Shown here in pieces: positions 6,612 through 14,603 of a stretch of 35,596 bases of DNA (positions are counted from its first letter, which is position 1; every line of letters begins with the position of its first letter). A model generated the notes under the pieces. The model was not told the DNA's origin, did not search any database, and saw nothing but the letters and a program-made list of their open reading frames with translations. The DNA is from an uncultured Candidatus Saccharibacteria bacterium. GTDB lineage: Bacteria; Patescibacteriota; Minisyncoccia; Phycocordibacterales; GWA1-40-21. A program made the translations under genes and the position numbers. The stretch covers positions 1 through 35,596 of the forward strand of contig CAYVWL010000003.1 of NCBI GenBank assembly GCA_964455475.1. Reading direction: 5' to 3'.

Positions 6612-6644
6612 CTCTCTTGTGCGGTGGGTGGTGATTTCGCTGTT

Positions 6645-6854
6645 TCAGATATCAACTGTGAGGCCACGACGCTGGGCCTCCTCCTTAACCATATCCTTGA
6701 GTCTCGGCATGAGTTCTTCCACCGTCGCACCTTCGGCGTTGACTCTGAACACTTCCTCCTCACCTCGCATGAGATGATACTGAGTATCACCAAAGACGAC
6801 ATGTGGCGAGGTCAGCGTTCCCCTGAATGTTGAGATTATTATGCTCGCTTTCAT
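6645..6854 (-). CDS. hypothetical 69-aa protein in a GC-richer islet
   Basis: ORF track. It has its own consensus promoter. No family recognised; only a vague resemblance to small antitoxin-like alpha/beta proteins. Confidence 0.55.
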   Translation of the reverse strand: MKASIIISTFRGTLTSPHVVFGDTQYHLMRGEEEVFRVNAEGATVEELMPRLKDMVKEEAQRRGLTVDI

Positions 6855-6893
6855 TTGGCCCTTTCTGTCGGTGTGCCATTCTCTCTATTCTAG

Positions 6894-6922
6894 AGTATAG
6901 CAAATATCATAATATTTGTCAA
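6894..6922 (-). promoter_or_regulatory. consensus promoter TTGACA-17-TATACT
   Basis: The rc of 6917-6922 is TTGACA and the rc of 6894-6899 is TATACT. Spacer is 17 nt, with TGc before the -10 box. Confidence 0.7.
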
Positions 6923-7047
6923 GCACATAGGAATGGCTACAAATATAGTCAAAATAGATTTGTTGACACAGCAGGTGGCTTTCAGAACTGTTATATAGTC
7001 ATGGTTTAGTTAAAGGAAGTTTGAAAGAAATGTACCCAATAATAGGT

Positions 7048-7548
7048 TTAAGGATGACTACTAAGTCTTAAACGATAAGCCCAAGAATGGATATCATGCC
7101 AATCAATAAAAACACGATAAACAAGGAAACTAACCCCGAATATAAGACAAGCGTATAGAATAATTAGTATGATAGAAACAACATACCTTTTAGTACCTGT
7201 TTTTTTTGATGTGTAATTTTTTAAAATAAGATATAGACCTCCGACAAATATAATCACACTAAAAATGACTAATTGCCAAAACAAAAAAATATAAACCGGT
7301 TTCAATACGGTAGTCTCTGTGTATGATGAAAAAGTATACCCTTTTGATTCGCATGTACTACCATCACTATGATATGCCCAACCTGGTGCAAGTTCATAAT
7401 TATCTCCATCTTCTGCCCACCAGTGATTGCCGCACATTTTTAAATCATTATTCATCACAAGAGTTGGTCCCGTCATTGCATAAACAGATGATGCAGAAAA
7501 TAAAATTATTGCTACAATAAGTATAAGAAATATCTTTATAAATTTCAT
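7048..7548 (-). CDS. hypothetical membrane protein (signal peptide, Cys-containing ectodomain, 2-3 TM segments)
   Basis: 166 aa. N-terminal MKFIKIFLILIVAIILFSASSVYA. Hydrophobic C-terminal half. Confidence 0.6.
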   Translation of the reverse strand: MKFIKIFLILIVAIILFSASSVYAMTGPTLVMNNDLKMCGNHWWAEDGDNYELAPGWAYHSDGSTCESKGYTFSSYTETTVLKPVYIFLFWQLVIFSVIIFVGGLYLILKNYTSKKTGTKRYVVSIILIILYACLIFGVSFLVYRVFIDWHDIHSWAYRLRLSSHP

Positions 7549-7633
7549 TTCAATACATTATATCATAACTAAAAGTTCTGACCACCACAAATGATGCCAG
7601 AATAAATGTTGCTAAATATAGATCTAAACGTAG

Positions 7634-7770
7634 TGGACCCTACAGGAATCTCGGTTCTTACAGAACCAGTATCCACGCTTGGATTTTTTGTACGTTCAGA
7701 AACTACAAAAAATGCTCAAGCGGGTTTCGAGTCCTGACGTAAGTGCACCCCGGCACTTACTTAGGGTCCA
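7634..7770. repeat. 137-nt imperfect palindrome whose termini copy the 3' end of tRNA-Ala(UGC)
   Basis: 7634-7647 is identical to 7807-7820. 7722-7736 plus 7762-7770 form an inverted copy of the T-arm and acceptor 3' half, split by a 25-nt GC hairpin. It may be transcribed from TGcTAAATA at 7610-7618. Confidence 0.6.
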
Positions 7771-7806
7771 AAATAAAAAAGACGCCTTGACGGCGCTTTT
7801 TTGTTG
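7771..7806. terminator. bidirectional terminator (A-run, short GC stem, T-run)
   Basis: AAATAAAAAAGACGCCTTGACGGCGCTTTTTTGTTG. Confidence 0.5.
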
Positions 7807-7880
7807 TGGACCCTACAGGACTCGAACCTGCCACCTCCTCATTGCAAATGAGGCGCTCTAGCCAGATGAGCTAAGGGCCC
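7807..7880 (-). tRNA. tRNA-Ala (anticodon UGC)
   Basis: Cloverleaf folded by hand. G3:U70 present. Anticodon loop TTTGCAA, T-loop TTCGAGT. 74 nt, CCA not encoded. Confidence 0.92.
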
Positions 7881-7927
7881 AGTGATAGAGATACTAACAC
7901 ATTAATTAAATTATTTCCACCATTTTA

Positions 7928-7956
7928 TTGACTATACTTTCGCATACTAATATAAT
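7928..7956 (+). promoter_or_regulatory. consensus promoter TTGACT-17-TATAAT, 6 nt before ATG (leaderless mRNA)
   Basis: Read directly from the sequence. Confidence 0.7.
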
Positions 7957-7962
7957 CCCTTA

Positions 7963-8709
7963 ATGACTGACCTAGAAATCATAATTTTAGCTGCGGGGAA
8001 GGGGACGAGGATGAATAGTGACAGCCCAAAGGCCTTGATAGAAATCAAAGGTAAACCAATGATTTCTTATCTGTTATCTACTGTGGAGCAGATTGAAAAA
8101 AGGCCGATAATCGTCCTGGGTCATAAAGCCGAGGAAGTTAAATCTAAAATTGGACACGGTTATCACTTTGCCCTGCAGGAAAAGCAATTAGGCACCGGAC
8201 ACGCTGTCTATCAGGCTATATCCAGCATTTCACCCCAGGCAAAATCCGTCATCGTCTTATTTAGTGATCAGCCTTTGGTGAAGAAGGAAACTATTTTGCG
8301 TCTGTATGAGTCGCATATCAGGCAGAATAAATCACCCCTAACCTTGGGCACGGTGCTGGTGGATGATTTCTCTGATTGGAGAACGTCATTATATGACTTT
8401 GGTCGGATAGTGAGATGCCCGGAAAATAAAATTATAAAGATTGTGGAGAAAAAGGATGCCACAGAAGCGGAAAGAAATATCAAGGAGCTAAACCCTTCCT
8501 ATTATTGTTTTGACCGAGTCTGGCTAGCAGAAAATATTTCTAAGATTAAAAATGCTAATGCGCAAGGTGAATATTATCTCACAGACCTGGTTGGTCTCGC
8601 CAAAAGCCAGGGGTATGAGCTAAACTCTATCAACATTCCGCCCGAACAAGCCCTGGGCGTGAATAATCTGGAGCAGTTAAACTTTATTACCAAGTTTATC
8701 GGCAGGTAG
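7963..8709 (+). CDS. sugar-1-phosphate nucleotidyltransferase, GlmU N-terminal-domain-like (no acetyltransferase domain)
   Basis: LAAGKGTRM and QEKQLGTGHAV motifs. 248 aa. Confidence 0.8.
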   Translation: MTDLEIIILAAGKGTRMNSDSPKALIEIKGKPMISYLLSTVEQIEKRPIIVLGHKAEEVKSKIGHGYHFALQEKQLGTGHAVYQAISSISPQAKSVIVLFSDQPLVKKETILRLYESHIRQNKSPLTLGTVLVDDFSDWRTSLYDFGRIVRCPENKIIKIVEKKDATEAERNIKELNPSYYCFDRVWLAENISKIKNANAQGEYYLTDLVGLAKSQGYELNSINIPPEQALGVNNLEQLNFITKFIGR

Positions 8710-8762
8710 AATCACCCCCTTTTATTTTTCCTTTTTTTGGTTATAATAGGGCTTCCCAAAGT

Positions 8763-8836
8763 GGGCGATTAGCTCAGCTGGTTAGAGCGTACGATTCACA
8801 TTCGTAAGGTCGGAGGTTCAAATCCTCCATCGCCCA
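8763..8836 (+). tRNA. tRNA-Val (anticodon CAC)
   Basis: Cloverleaf by hand. Anticodon loop TTCACAT, T-loop TTCAAAT. 74 nt. Confidence 0.9.
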
Positions 8837-8972
8837 CAAAAGCATTTTATTGCTTTTGTGGGAGGATTTGAAAGGCGGAGCCATATCGAGCTAGAAAGCG
8901 AGATGGCGAGCCGGGGTCGAGAAATTTTTGAGCGACGGCGAAAAAATATTCGTGACCGATTCCTCCTCAATT
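8837..8972 (+). repeat. structured GC-richer spacer between tRNAs (inverted copy of the tRNA-Val T-arm, plus an element related to the mnmA insertion)
   Basis: 8852-8872 is complementary to 8817-8828 plus 8834-8843. CGAGAAATTTTTGAGC...GAAAAAATATTCGTG resembles 21390-21423. Confidence 0.5.
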
Positions 8973-9043
8973 GGGCCTATAGTTCAGTGGTAGAACGTGT
9001 CCATGGCATGGACGAGGCGCGAGTCCGATTCTCGCTAGGTCCA
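8973..9043 (+). tRNA. tRNA-Ala (anticodon GGC)
   Basis: Cloverleaf by hand. G3:U70 present. Anticodon loop ATGGCAT. Unusual T-loop TCCGATT. 71 nt. Confidence 0.85.
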
Positions 9044-9067
9044 CTTTATAAATTAATTAAAAACCAA

Positions 9068-9298
9068 ATGGGATTTTTCAAAGATCTATTACTAAAGAAA
9101 ATGCTCAAGAGCCAGCTGAAAGGTGTGCCGGAGGATCAGCAGGAAAAAATAATTCAGGCGGTGGAGAAAAATCCAAAGCTATTTTCTGATATCGCCGCCG
9201 AGGTGCAGGAAAAAATAAAAGGAGGAATGGATCAGCAAAGTGCTACTATGCAGGTGATGATGTCCCACCGCGCCGAACTGCAAGAATTGATGAAATAG
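9068..9298 (+). CDS. hypothetical 76-aa helical protein
   Basis: Uses an internal ATG of the 8858-9298 ORF. The upstream part of that ORF overlaps tRNA-Ala and is rejected. Confidence 0.5.
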   Translation: MGFFKDLLLKKMLKSQLKGVPEDQQEKIIQAVEKNPKLFSDIAAEVQEKIKGGMDQQSATMQVMMSHRAELQELMK

Positions 9299-9305
9299 AC
9301 TCACA

Positions 9306-10190
9306 ATGAGCAAATCATTTATAATTTTACTTATAACTCTTGCGCTCATTGGCTTAACTCTCGGTAATTTTTTAGGAGAAGTCATTGTTGGAAATCTTGA
9401 AAAGGGAGTTGATAACATAAGAATTCACTATTCATATTTTAGTGACAAGTCATTTTCTGATAAGGCCTACGGTAGTATTAATAATAAGCCAGTCCTGGGT
9501 AGAAATATTAAGGGAGTTATCGTTAATCATCATCTATTAGCCGCAAATCTCATTGCGGAGACTATTTCAAGTATTGCCACCACTAGTCAGGTGACAATCG
9601 TATTAATTAGTCCAAATCATTTTTCATCTGGCCGAGGTCAAATACTTTCATCCGTGTATGATTGGCATACACCTTATGGAATTTTAGAGTCAAATAAGTC
9701 AGCAATTTTAAAATTAAAGGAAAATGGGATAATAAATGTTGATGAGTATCCCTTTGAAAAGGAACACGGCATCTCCGGAATAGTGCCTTTTATAAAAAAA
9801 TCCCTTCCTAATTCAAGGATAGTTCCAATAATTATTAAGGACAATCTCTCAAGAAATCAATTAAGCAAATTTGTGGATTCACTTTATAATGTTTTTGGTG
9901 GCAATGTCATAATTGCTGGTTCATTTGATTTTTCTCATTTTTATCCAGATGATATTACTCAGCTTTATGATAAGGAAAGTATATCTATTATCAGTAATTT
10001 TGATATTGATAATATAGGTGGGGTTCAGGTAGATGCCAGACCTGGGCTAGAAATTGTTTTGAGATATATGTATAAGGTGGGAGCGACACATTTCAATCTG
10101 CTTGCCAATACGAATTCATCTCAAATCCTACATGATCCAAGTATCAAGGAAGCGGTAAGTTATATTGATGGTTTTTTTACGAAAGAGTAG
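9306..10190 (+). CDS. MEMO1 / AmmeMemoRadiSam-system-protein-B-like protein with N-terminal TM anchor
   Basis: VNHHLLA, SPNHF, EKEHGISG and FDFSH motifs are spaced as in the MEMO family. Judged from memory of the family. Confidence 0.55.
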   Translation: MSKSFIILLITLALIGLTLGNFLGEVIVGNLEKGVDNIRIHYSYFSDKSFSDKAYGSINNKPVLGRNIKGVIVNHHLLAANLIAETISSIATTSQVTIVLISPNHFSSGRGQILSSVYDWHTPYGILESNKSAILKLKENGIINVDEYPFEKEHGISGIVPFIKKSLPNSRIVPIIIKDNLSRNQLSKFVDSLYNVFGGNVIIAGSFDFSHFYPDDITQLYDKESISIISNFDIDNIGGVQVDARPGLEIVLRYMYKVGATHFNLLANTNSSQILHDPSIKEAVSYIDGFFTKE

Positions 10191-10232
10191 TGTTTTATTG
10201 TGTTAGCATCAATCTTGCTATATAATTCTCTT

Positions 10233-11834
10233 ATGAATAAGAAAAAAATAATTATCGCTGTCGTTATTGTGATAGTAGCAGTCGTTATCGGTTTTGTAAT
10301 AAATATTATACAGAAACCTATCATTCCAGTGGTTAGCATACCAGATGATAATATCGCCTCAACCACAGTTCATGTCTCTGCTGTAAAATGGATAGCTCCA
10401 GAAAAGGTGAAAAATTTGGATGTATTTAAGACCGGTACTAACAAGGAGGTAGCAACATTTTATAAGGTTGGTACTTTTATTGACGGTGTTTATAAAGACG
10501 GAAGTGTTCTTGTTGCCACAGTCGTGCCCGATGGGCCTGGTAGAGATAGTATTTATTATTTTACGGCTTCAGACGGAAACATCTTTCTTATAGAAAATAG
10601 TTCCGACAAGTTATATGACGGAGATTTCCTTGATCAAAATAAATTTTCTCTAGATAGCACCACTGTTTTATCTGACCTGATTTTTCCTGAGAAGTTATAT
10701 TTCAATAAAAGCAGTTTTACTTTAAGCGGAAATAATTTAGCCGAACCATTTTTTAATCAGGTATATTCTCCTGCTGACCTGAAACTCATATTCTCCGATT
10801 CTAGTCTTGGTAATGTATATACTGATACCCAGGGCGAGCAGACCATTAAATACGCTATGAAGAAAAACGGCTACTACTTAATTGCCCCTGACGGCACCTT
10901 ACGCACTTATTCTCTTGATATGAATTTTTATAATACCAAACTCAAAATACCTCAGGTTATATGGAGTGACGGTACAACCAATAGTGCTGAATACGTTAGT
11001 ACTGACATTGGTGGGTGTGGGTCCAGAAATTATGCGTCAGTTACCTACGATCTATCACTAAGTGATTTAGAGGTGATAGGTAAAACAGCAAAGGGTGATG
11101 ATATTTTTGGACTAAAGGATCAAAATAGTTTGATTTTGAAAGATGTGTATGACAAGGATTATTATACCTTCAATACACCAAAAATTCCTTACGAAGAGTT
11201 TATTCAATCAAGACCAATTTTCTTTTGGTTTGATTCAATGGGGCGTTTGATTAAATTCAAGAAGGCTGAGTATATTCCGCCAGTAGAATGTGGCAAGCCG
11301 GTGATTTATCTTTATCCAGAGGAGAAAATAAAAGTATCAGTTAAAATTGAACCCAAAGGCGGATTTACTTTTACTGAACCAGATTATGGTACCGGTTGGA
11401 ATGTGTTTGCTAATCCTGACGGTAAATTAATTGATCTAAATAGTGGTATTACATATCCTTACTTATTCTGGGAGGGTAGAGGTGGTATTTATACTACGCC
11501 AGAGAGAGGATTTATTGTTGCAAGTTCGGAAATTCATAGTTTCCTAATTGAAAAATTAAGCAAGCTCGGGCTTAATGAGAAGGAACAGGCGGATTTTATC
11601 GAATTTTGGGAACCACGCATGATTGGAGCGCCATATTTCTTTGTTACATTTATGGGTAATAGAGTAATGGATGAAATTGCTCCACTGACAATTACACCGG
11701 AACCAGATACCGTTATTAGAATCCTTATGGATTATACACCGCTACAAAAACCAATATCCGTGCAGGGTTACGAGATAAGGACACCGGAGAGAAAAGGCTT
11801 TACAGTGGTGGAGTGGGGTGGAGTTTTGAGATAG
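10233..11834 (+). CDS. hypothetical membrane-anchored extracytoplasmic protein
   Basis: ATG10233 lies 6 nt after TGcTATATAAT. The ORF-track start at 10200 is a GTG upstream of that promoter. One N-terminal TM segment. Confidence 0.65.
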   Translation: MNKKKIIIAVVIVIVAVVIGFVINIIQKPIIPVVSIPDDNIASTTVHVSAVKWIAPEKVKNLDVFKTGTNKEVATFYKVGTFIDGVYKDGSVLVATVVPDGPGRDSIYYFTASDGNIFLIENSSDKLYDGDFLDQNKFSLDSTTVLSDLIFPEKLYFNKSSFTLSGNNLAEPFFNQVYSPADLKLIFSDSSLGNVYTDTQGEQTIKYAMKKNGYYLIAPDGTLRTYSLDMNFYNTKLKIPQVIWSDGTTNSAEYVSTDIGGCGSRNYASVTYDLSLSDLEVIGKTAKGDDIFGLKDQNSLILKDVYDKDYYTFNTPKIPYEEFIQSRPIFFWFDSMGRLIKFKKAEYIPPVECGKPVIYLYPEEKIKVSVKIEPKGGFTFTEPDYGTGWNVFANPDGKLIDLNSGITYPYLFWEGRGGIYTTPERGFIVASSEIHSFLIEKLSKLGLNEKEQADFIEFWEPRMIGAPYFFVTFMGNRVMDEIAPLTITPEPDTVIRILMDYTPLQKPISVQGYEIRTPERKGFTVVEWGGVLR

Positions 11835-11851
11835 TGAATAAATATATTTAA

Positions 11852-12688
11852 ATGAAAAAAGTCTTGATTTTTCTGGTTCGTACCCTTGCTATTATCATAG
11901 CTGGGCTGTTATTGGCTTATGGATTATTTTTATTATTCACCAATCCATCCAATGATCGAGATTGGGTAAAGGATATGAAAGTACTATCTGGGGCAACAAT
12001 TGCTGGTGATCAGGTAACATTAGATAATGTCCGTAATAATATATATAGAAGCACTACGGACTTTGATGTTAAATATTATCAGGGCAAATATGATGTAAAA
12101 AAACTAAAAAAAGTCTATTTAGTGACCGATCCTTTTGGAAAATTGGCCTCACATACTATGTTGAGCTTTGAATTCTCCAATAATCAGCGAGTGGTTATGT
12201 CTGTGGAAATTAGAAAAGAGGTGGGCGAAGTATTTGAAAATATTAAAGGTCTGTTTAGAGGTTATGAGCTGTACTATGTCTGGGCAGATGAAAAAGATGT
12301 GATAAAGCTCCGAACCAATTATCGGCTGGACAGTGTCTATATGTATGAACTGGATATGGCAGAAGAAAATGTTCAAAAATTATTTATAGAAGCTATGCGC
12401 CGAACTAATCAGCTAAAGGAGACGCCAGAATTCTATAATTTATTGGTCAATAATTGTACTACCAATATTGCTAAAATGCTCCAAGTTGTTTACGACAAGC
12501 CTATTATTGTGGATTGGAGATATCTGGCTCCGGCTTATGCCGAGGGCTTATCTATGAAATATGGCCTGATAAAGGGATCAAGTATTGAGGAAGTGAGGCT
12601 GAACCACAACATTTCCCCAGACGCCCTAAAATGTGGTGATTGTGCAGATTATTCGCAAAGCATTAGGAAATCTATCCCAAAGATATAA
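11852..12688 (+). CDS. DUF4105 (Lnb N-terminal-like) domain protein
   Basis: NPSNDRDW...VTLDNVRN, HTMLSF and NLLVNNCTT motifs. N-terminal TM segment. Confidence 0.65.
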   Translation: MKKVLIFLVRTLAIIIAGLLLAYGLFLLFTNPSNDRDWVKDMKVLSGATIAGDQVTLDNVRNNIYRSTTDFDVKYYQGKYDVKKLKKVYLVTDPFGKLASHTMLSFEFSNNQRVVMSVEIRKEVGEVFENIKGLFRGYELYYVWADEKDVIKLRTNYRLDSVYMYELDMAEENVQKLFIEAMRRTNQLKETPEFYNLLVNNCTTNIAKMLQVVYDKPIIVDWRYLAPAYAEGLSMKYGLIKGSSIEEVRLNHNISPDALKCGDCADYSQSIRKSIPKI

Positions 12689-12809
12689 TAAGCCAAACTG
12701 CAGGATTTTATGAAATAGTCTTGAATCGGCATATTCGTACGAATGGGTAAACACAAAGGTGAAACCTTTGTATCTGTATTAAATTGTTGAAATTTGCTAG
12801 GATAGCAGG

Positions 12810-13907
12810 ATGTCATTAAGTATTGGAATTGTGGGTCTGCCAAATGTGGGGAAGTCCACACTTTTTAACGCGCTTACAAAAAAAAGTGTGCCGTGTGAGA
12901 ATTATCCTTTTTGCACCATTGACCCCTCTGTGGGCGTGGTGGCCGTGCCAGATGAACGACTTCAAACGCTCTCCCGTTTCTCCAGTTCCGCCAAAACCAT
13001 TCCTGCGGCGGTGGAATTTGTAGATATTGCCGGATTGGTAAAAGGGGCGTCGGCGGGGGAGGGGCTGGGCAATAAATTTTTGACTAATATTCGCGAGACA
13101 GACGCTATTGCCGAGGTGGTGCGTATTTTTGAAGATGACAATGTGATTCATGTGGCCAACAAGGTGGATCCGCTGTCTGATATTGAAACGATAAATCTAG
13201 AGCTTATCCTGGCAGATATGCAGAGCGTGACAAAGCGCCTGGGTAGTGTGCAAAGTGAAATAAAGAAGGGACTCAAAACCGCCATAATCGAAAATTCGGC
13301 ACTGGAAAAAATAAAAACCGCTTTGGAAGCTGGCAAATTAGCCAGCCAGGTGGATCTGGATGAATTTGAAATGATGGAGGCGAAAAAACTTTGTCTGCTC
13401 ACCATGAAGCCAATTCTCTACGTTCTGAATCGAAAATCCGGTGGAAAAAATTTAGACGAGATTGGAGATGAGCGGTGGCAAAAATTGAATAATTTTTTTA
13501 AAGAATCGAAATCCAAATATGTAATTGTAGATGCTGGAATTGAAAATGAATTGAAGGATTTTGAGGGCACAGATAAAATTGAAATGAGAGATGGTCTGGG
13601 GGCCAAGTCCGATGGTATAGATGATTTGATTAAAGCAGGGTATGACCTGCTAGGGCTTATGACCTATTTTACTACTGGTGAGGATGAGACGCGGGCTTGG
13701 ACTATTAAACGAGGATCCACTGCGCCCGAAGCTGGCACCGCCATCCATATGGATTTTAAGGAGAAATTTGTCCGCGCTGAGGTGATCCCCTGGCAAAAGC
13801 TTTTAGAAGCTGGCTCATACGGCACAGCGCGGGAAAAAGGCTGGGTCAAAACCGAGGGCAAGGAATATGTCGTAAGAGACGGAGATGTTATAGAGTTCAA
13901 AATATGA
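12810..13907 (+). CDS. ychF: redox-regulated ATPase YchF
   Basis: [18 protein letters not shown] and [10 protein letters not shown] motifs with a TGS-like C-terminus. TGcTAGGAT lies 6 nt upstream of ATG. Confidence 0.95.
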   Translation: MSLSIGIVGLPNVGKSTLFNALTKKSVPCENYPFCTIDPSVGVVAVPDERLQTLSRFSSSAKTIPAAVEFVDIAGLVKGASAGEGLGNKFLTNIRETDAIAEVVRIFEDDNVIHVANKVDPLSDIETINLELILADMQSVTKRLGSVQSEIKKGLKTAIIENSALEKIKTALEAGKLASQVDLDEFEMMEAKKLCLLTMKPILYVLNRKSGGKNLDEIGDERWQKLNNFFKESKSKYVIVDAGIENELKDFEGTDKIEMRDGLGAKSDGIDDLIKAGYDLLGLMTYFTTGEDETRAWTIKRGSTAPEAGTAIHMDFKEKFVRAEVIPWQKLLEAGSYGTAREKGWVKTEGKEYVVRDGDVIEFKI

Positions 13908-14019
13908 TAATATGGTGATGCCTGTCCCGTAGTTAAATTCTTATTTATACTACTGGGATGATTGAGTTTAAGATATAATAAAGGTCTTATTAGTTAATTA
14001 TCTGCCTACGTAAAATGCT

Positions 14020-14598
14020 ATGGCGAGACAAAGTAAAAAAATGGAACCAATACAAAATATTGAGTCGAAAAAATATTCTCCGATTATAAAATGGTCTCTG
14101 ATTATTGGAATTGTGATTGTAATTAATTTATTTTTTAATTATGCTATTTCCTTGATTTATGACGCTCCGAAATATGAAAATTATTGTAAACAGGAACAGG
14201 TAATTGAGGAAGTTAAAACGCAAAGTGCTTGTGTCGCTAAAGGCGGTCAGTGGGATGCTAATTATTATGGTAAACCTACAATCGTCGGAGAGACAATACC
14301 CACTGGTTATTGTAATTTACAATTTACCTGTAATAATGAGTTTGAAACTGTGAGAAAGATCTATGAGCGGAATGTATTTGTCACGCTTGTCATCCTTGGT
14401 ATTATCCTAGTAGCCGGCAGTTTTGCCTTGGCTTTTAATTGGATTTTGTCTGTTTCTGCGGCTATAGCCGGCATTCTATCTGTTATTATTGCCTCTATTC
14501 GTTATTGGTCTGAGGCGGACAATTGGCTACGTGTGGCGATCCTCTTTGTGGCTCTCTGCGCCCTAATTTACTTTGCTGTGAGAAAGTTTAAGGATTAA
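14020..14598 (+). CDS. hypothetical membrane protein (TM, Cys-rich ectodomain, 3 TM segments)
   Basis: 192 aa; hydrophobicity pattern only. Confidence 0.6.
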   Translation: MARQSKKMEPIQNIESKKYSPIIKWSLIIGIVIVINLFFNYAISLIYDAPKYENYCKQEQVIEEVKTQSACVAKGGQWDANYYGKPTIVGETIPTGYCNLQFTCNNEFETVRKIYERNVFVTLVILGIILVAGSFALAFNWILSVSAAIAGILSVIIASIRYWSEADNWLRVAILFVALCALIYFAVRKFKD

Positions 14599-14603
14599 AG
14601 CCT

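Noticed and set aside
7634-7770. A second tRNA, tmRNA or intron-containing tRNA next to tRNA-Ala.
   Set aside because: A 7-bp acceptor-like pairing exists. But no D-arm, anticodon arm or canonical T-arm can be drawn on either strand, and the T-loop-like segment is separated from the acceptor 3' strand by a 25-nt hairpin. It is treated as a tRNA-derived palindromic repeat.
8858-9067. The N-terminal 70 codons of the 146-aa ORF 8858-9298.
   Set aside because: They run straight through a well-folding tRNA-Ala(GGC) gene and the repeat-rich spacer. Only the part from ATG9068 is kept as a possible CDS.
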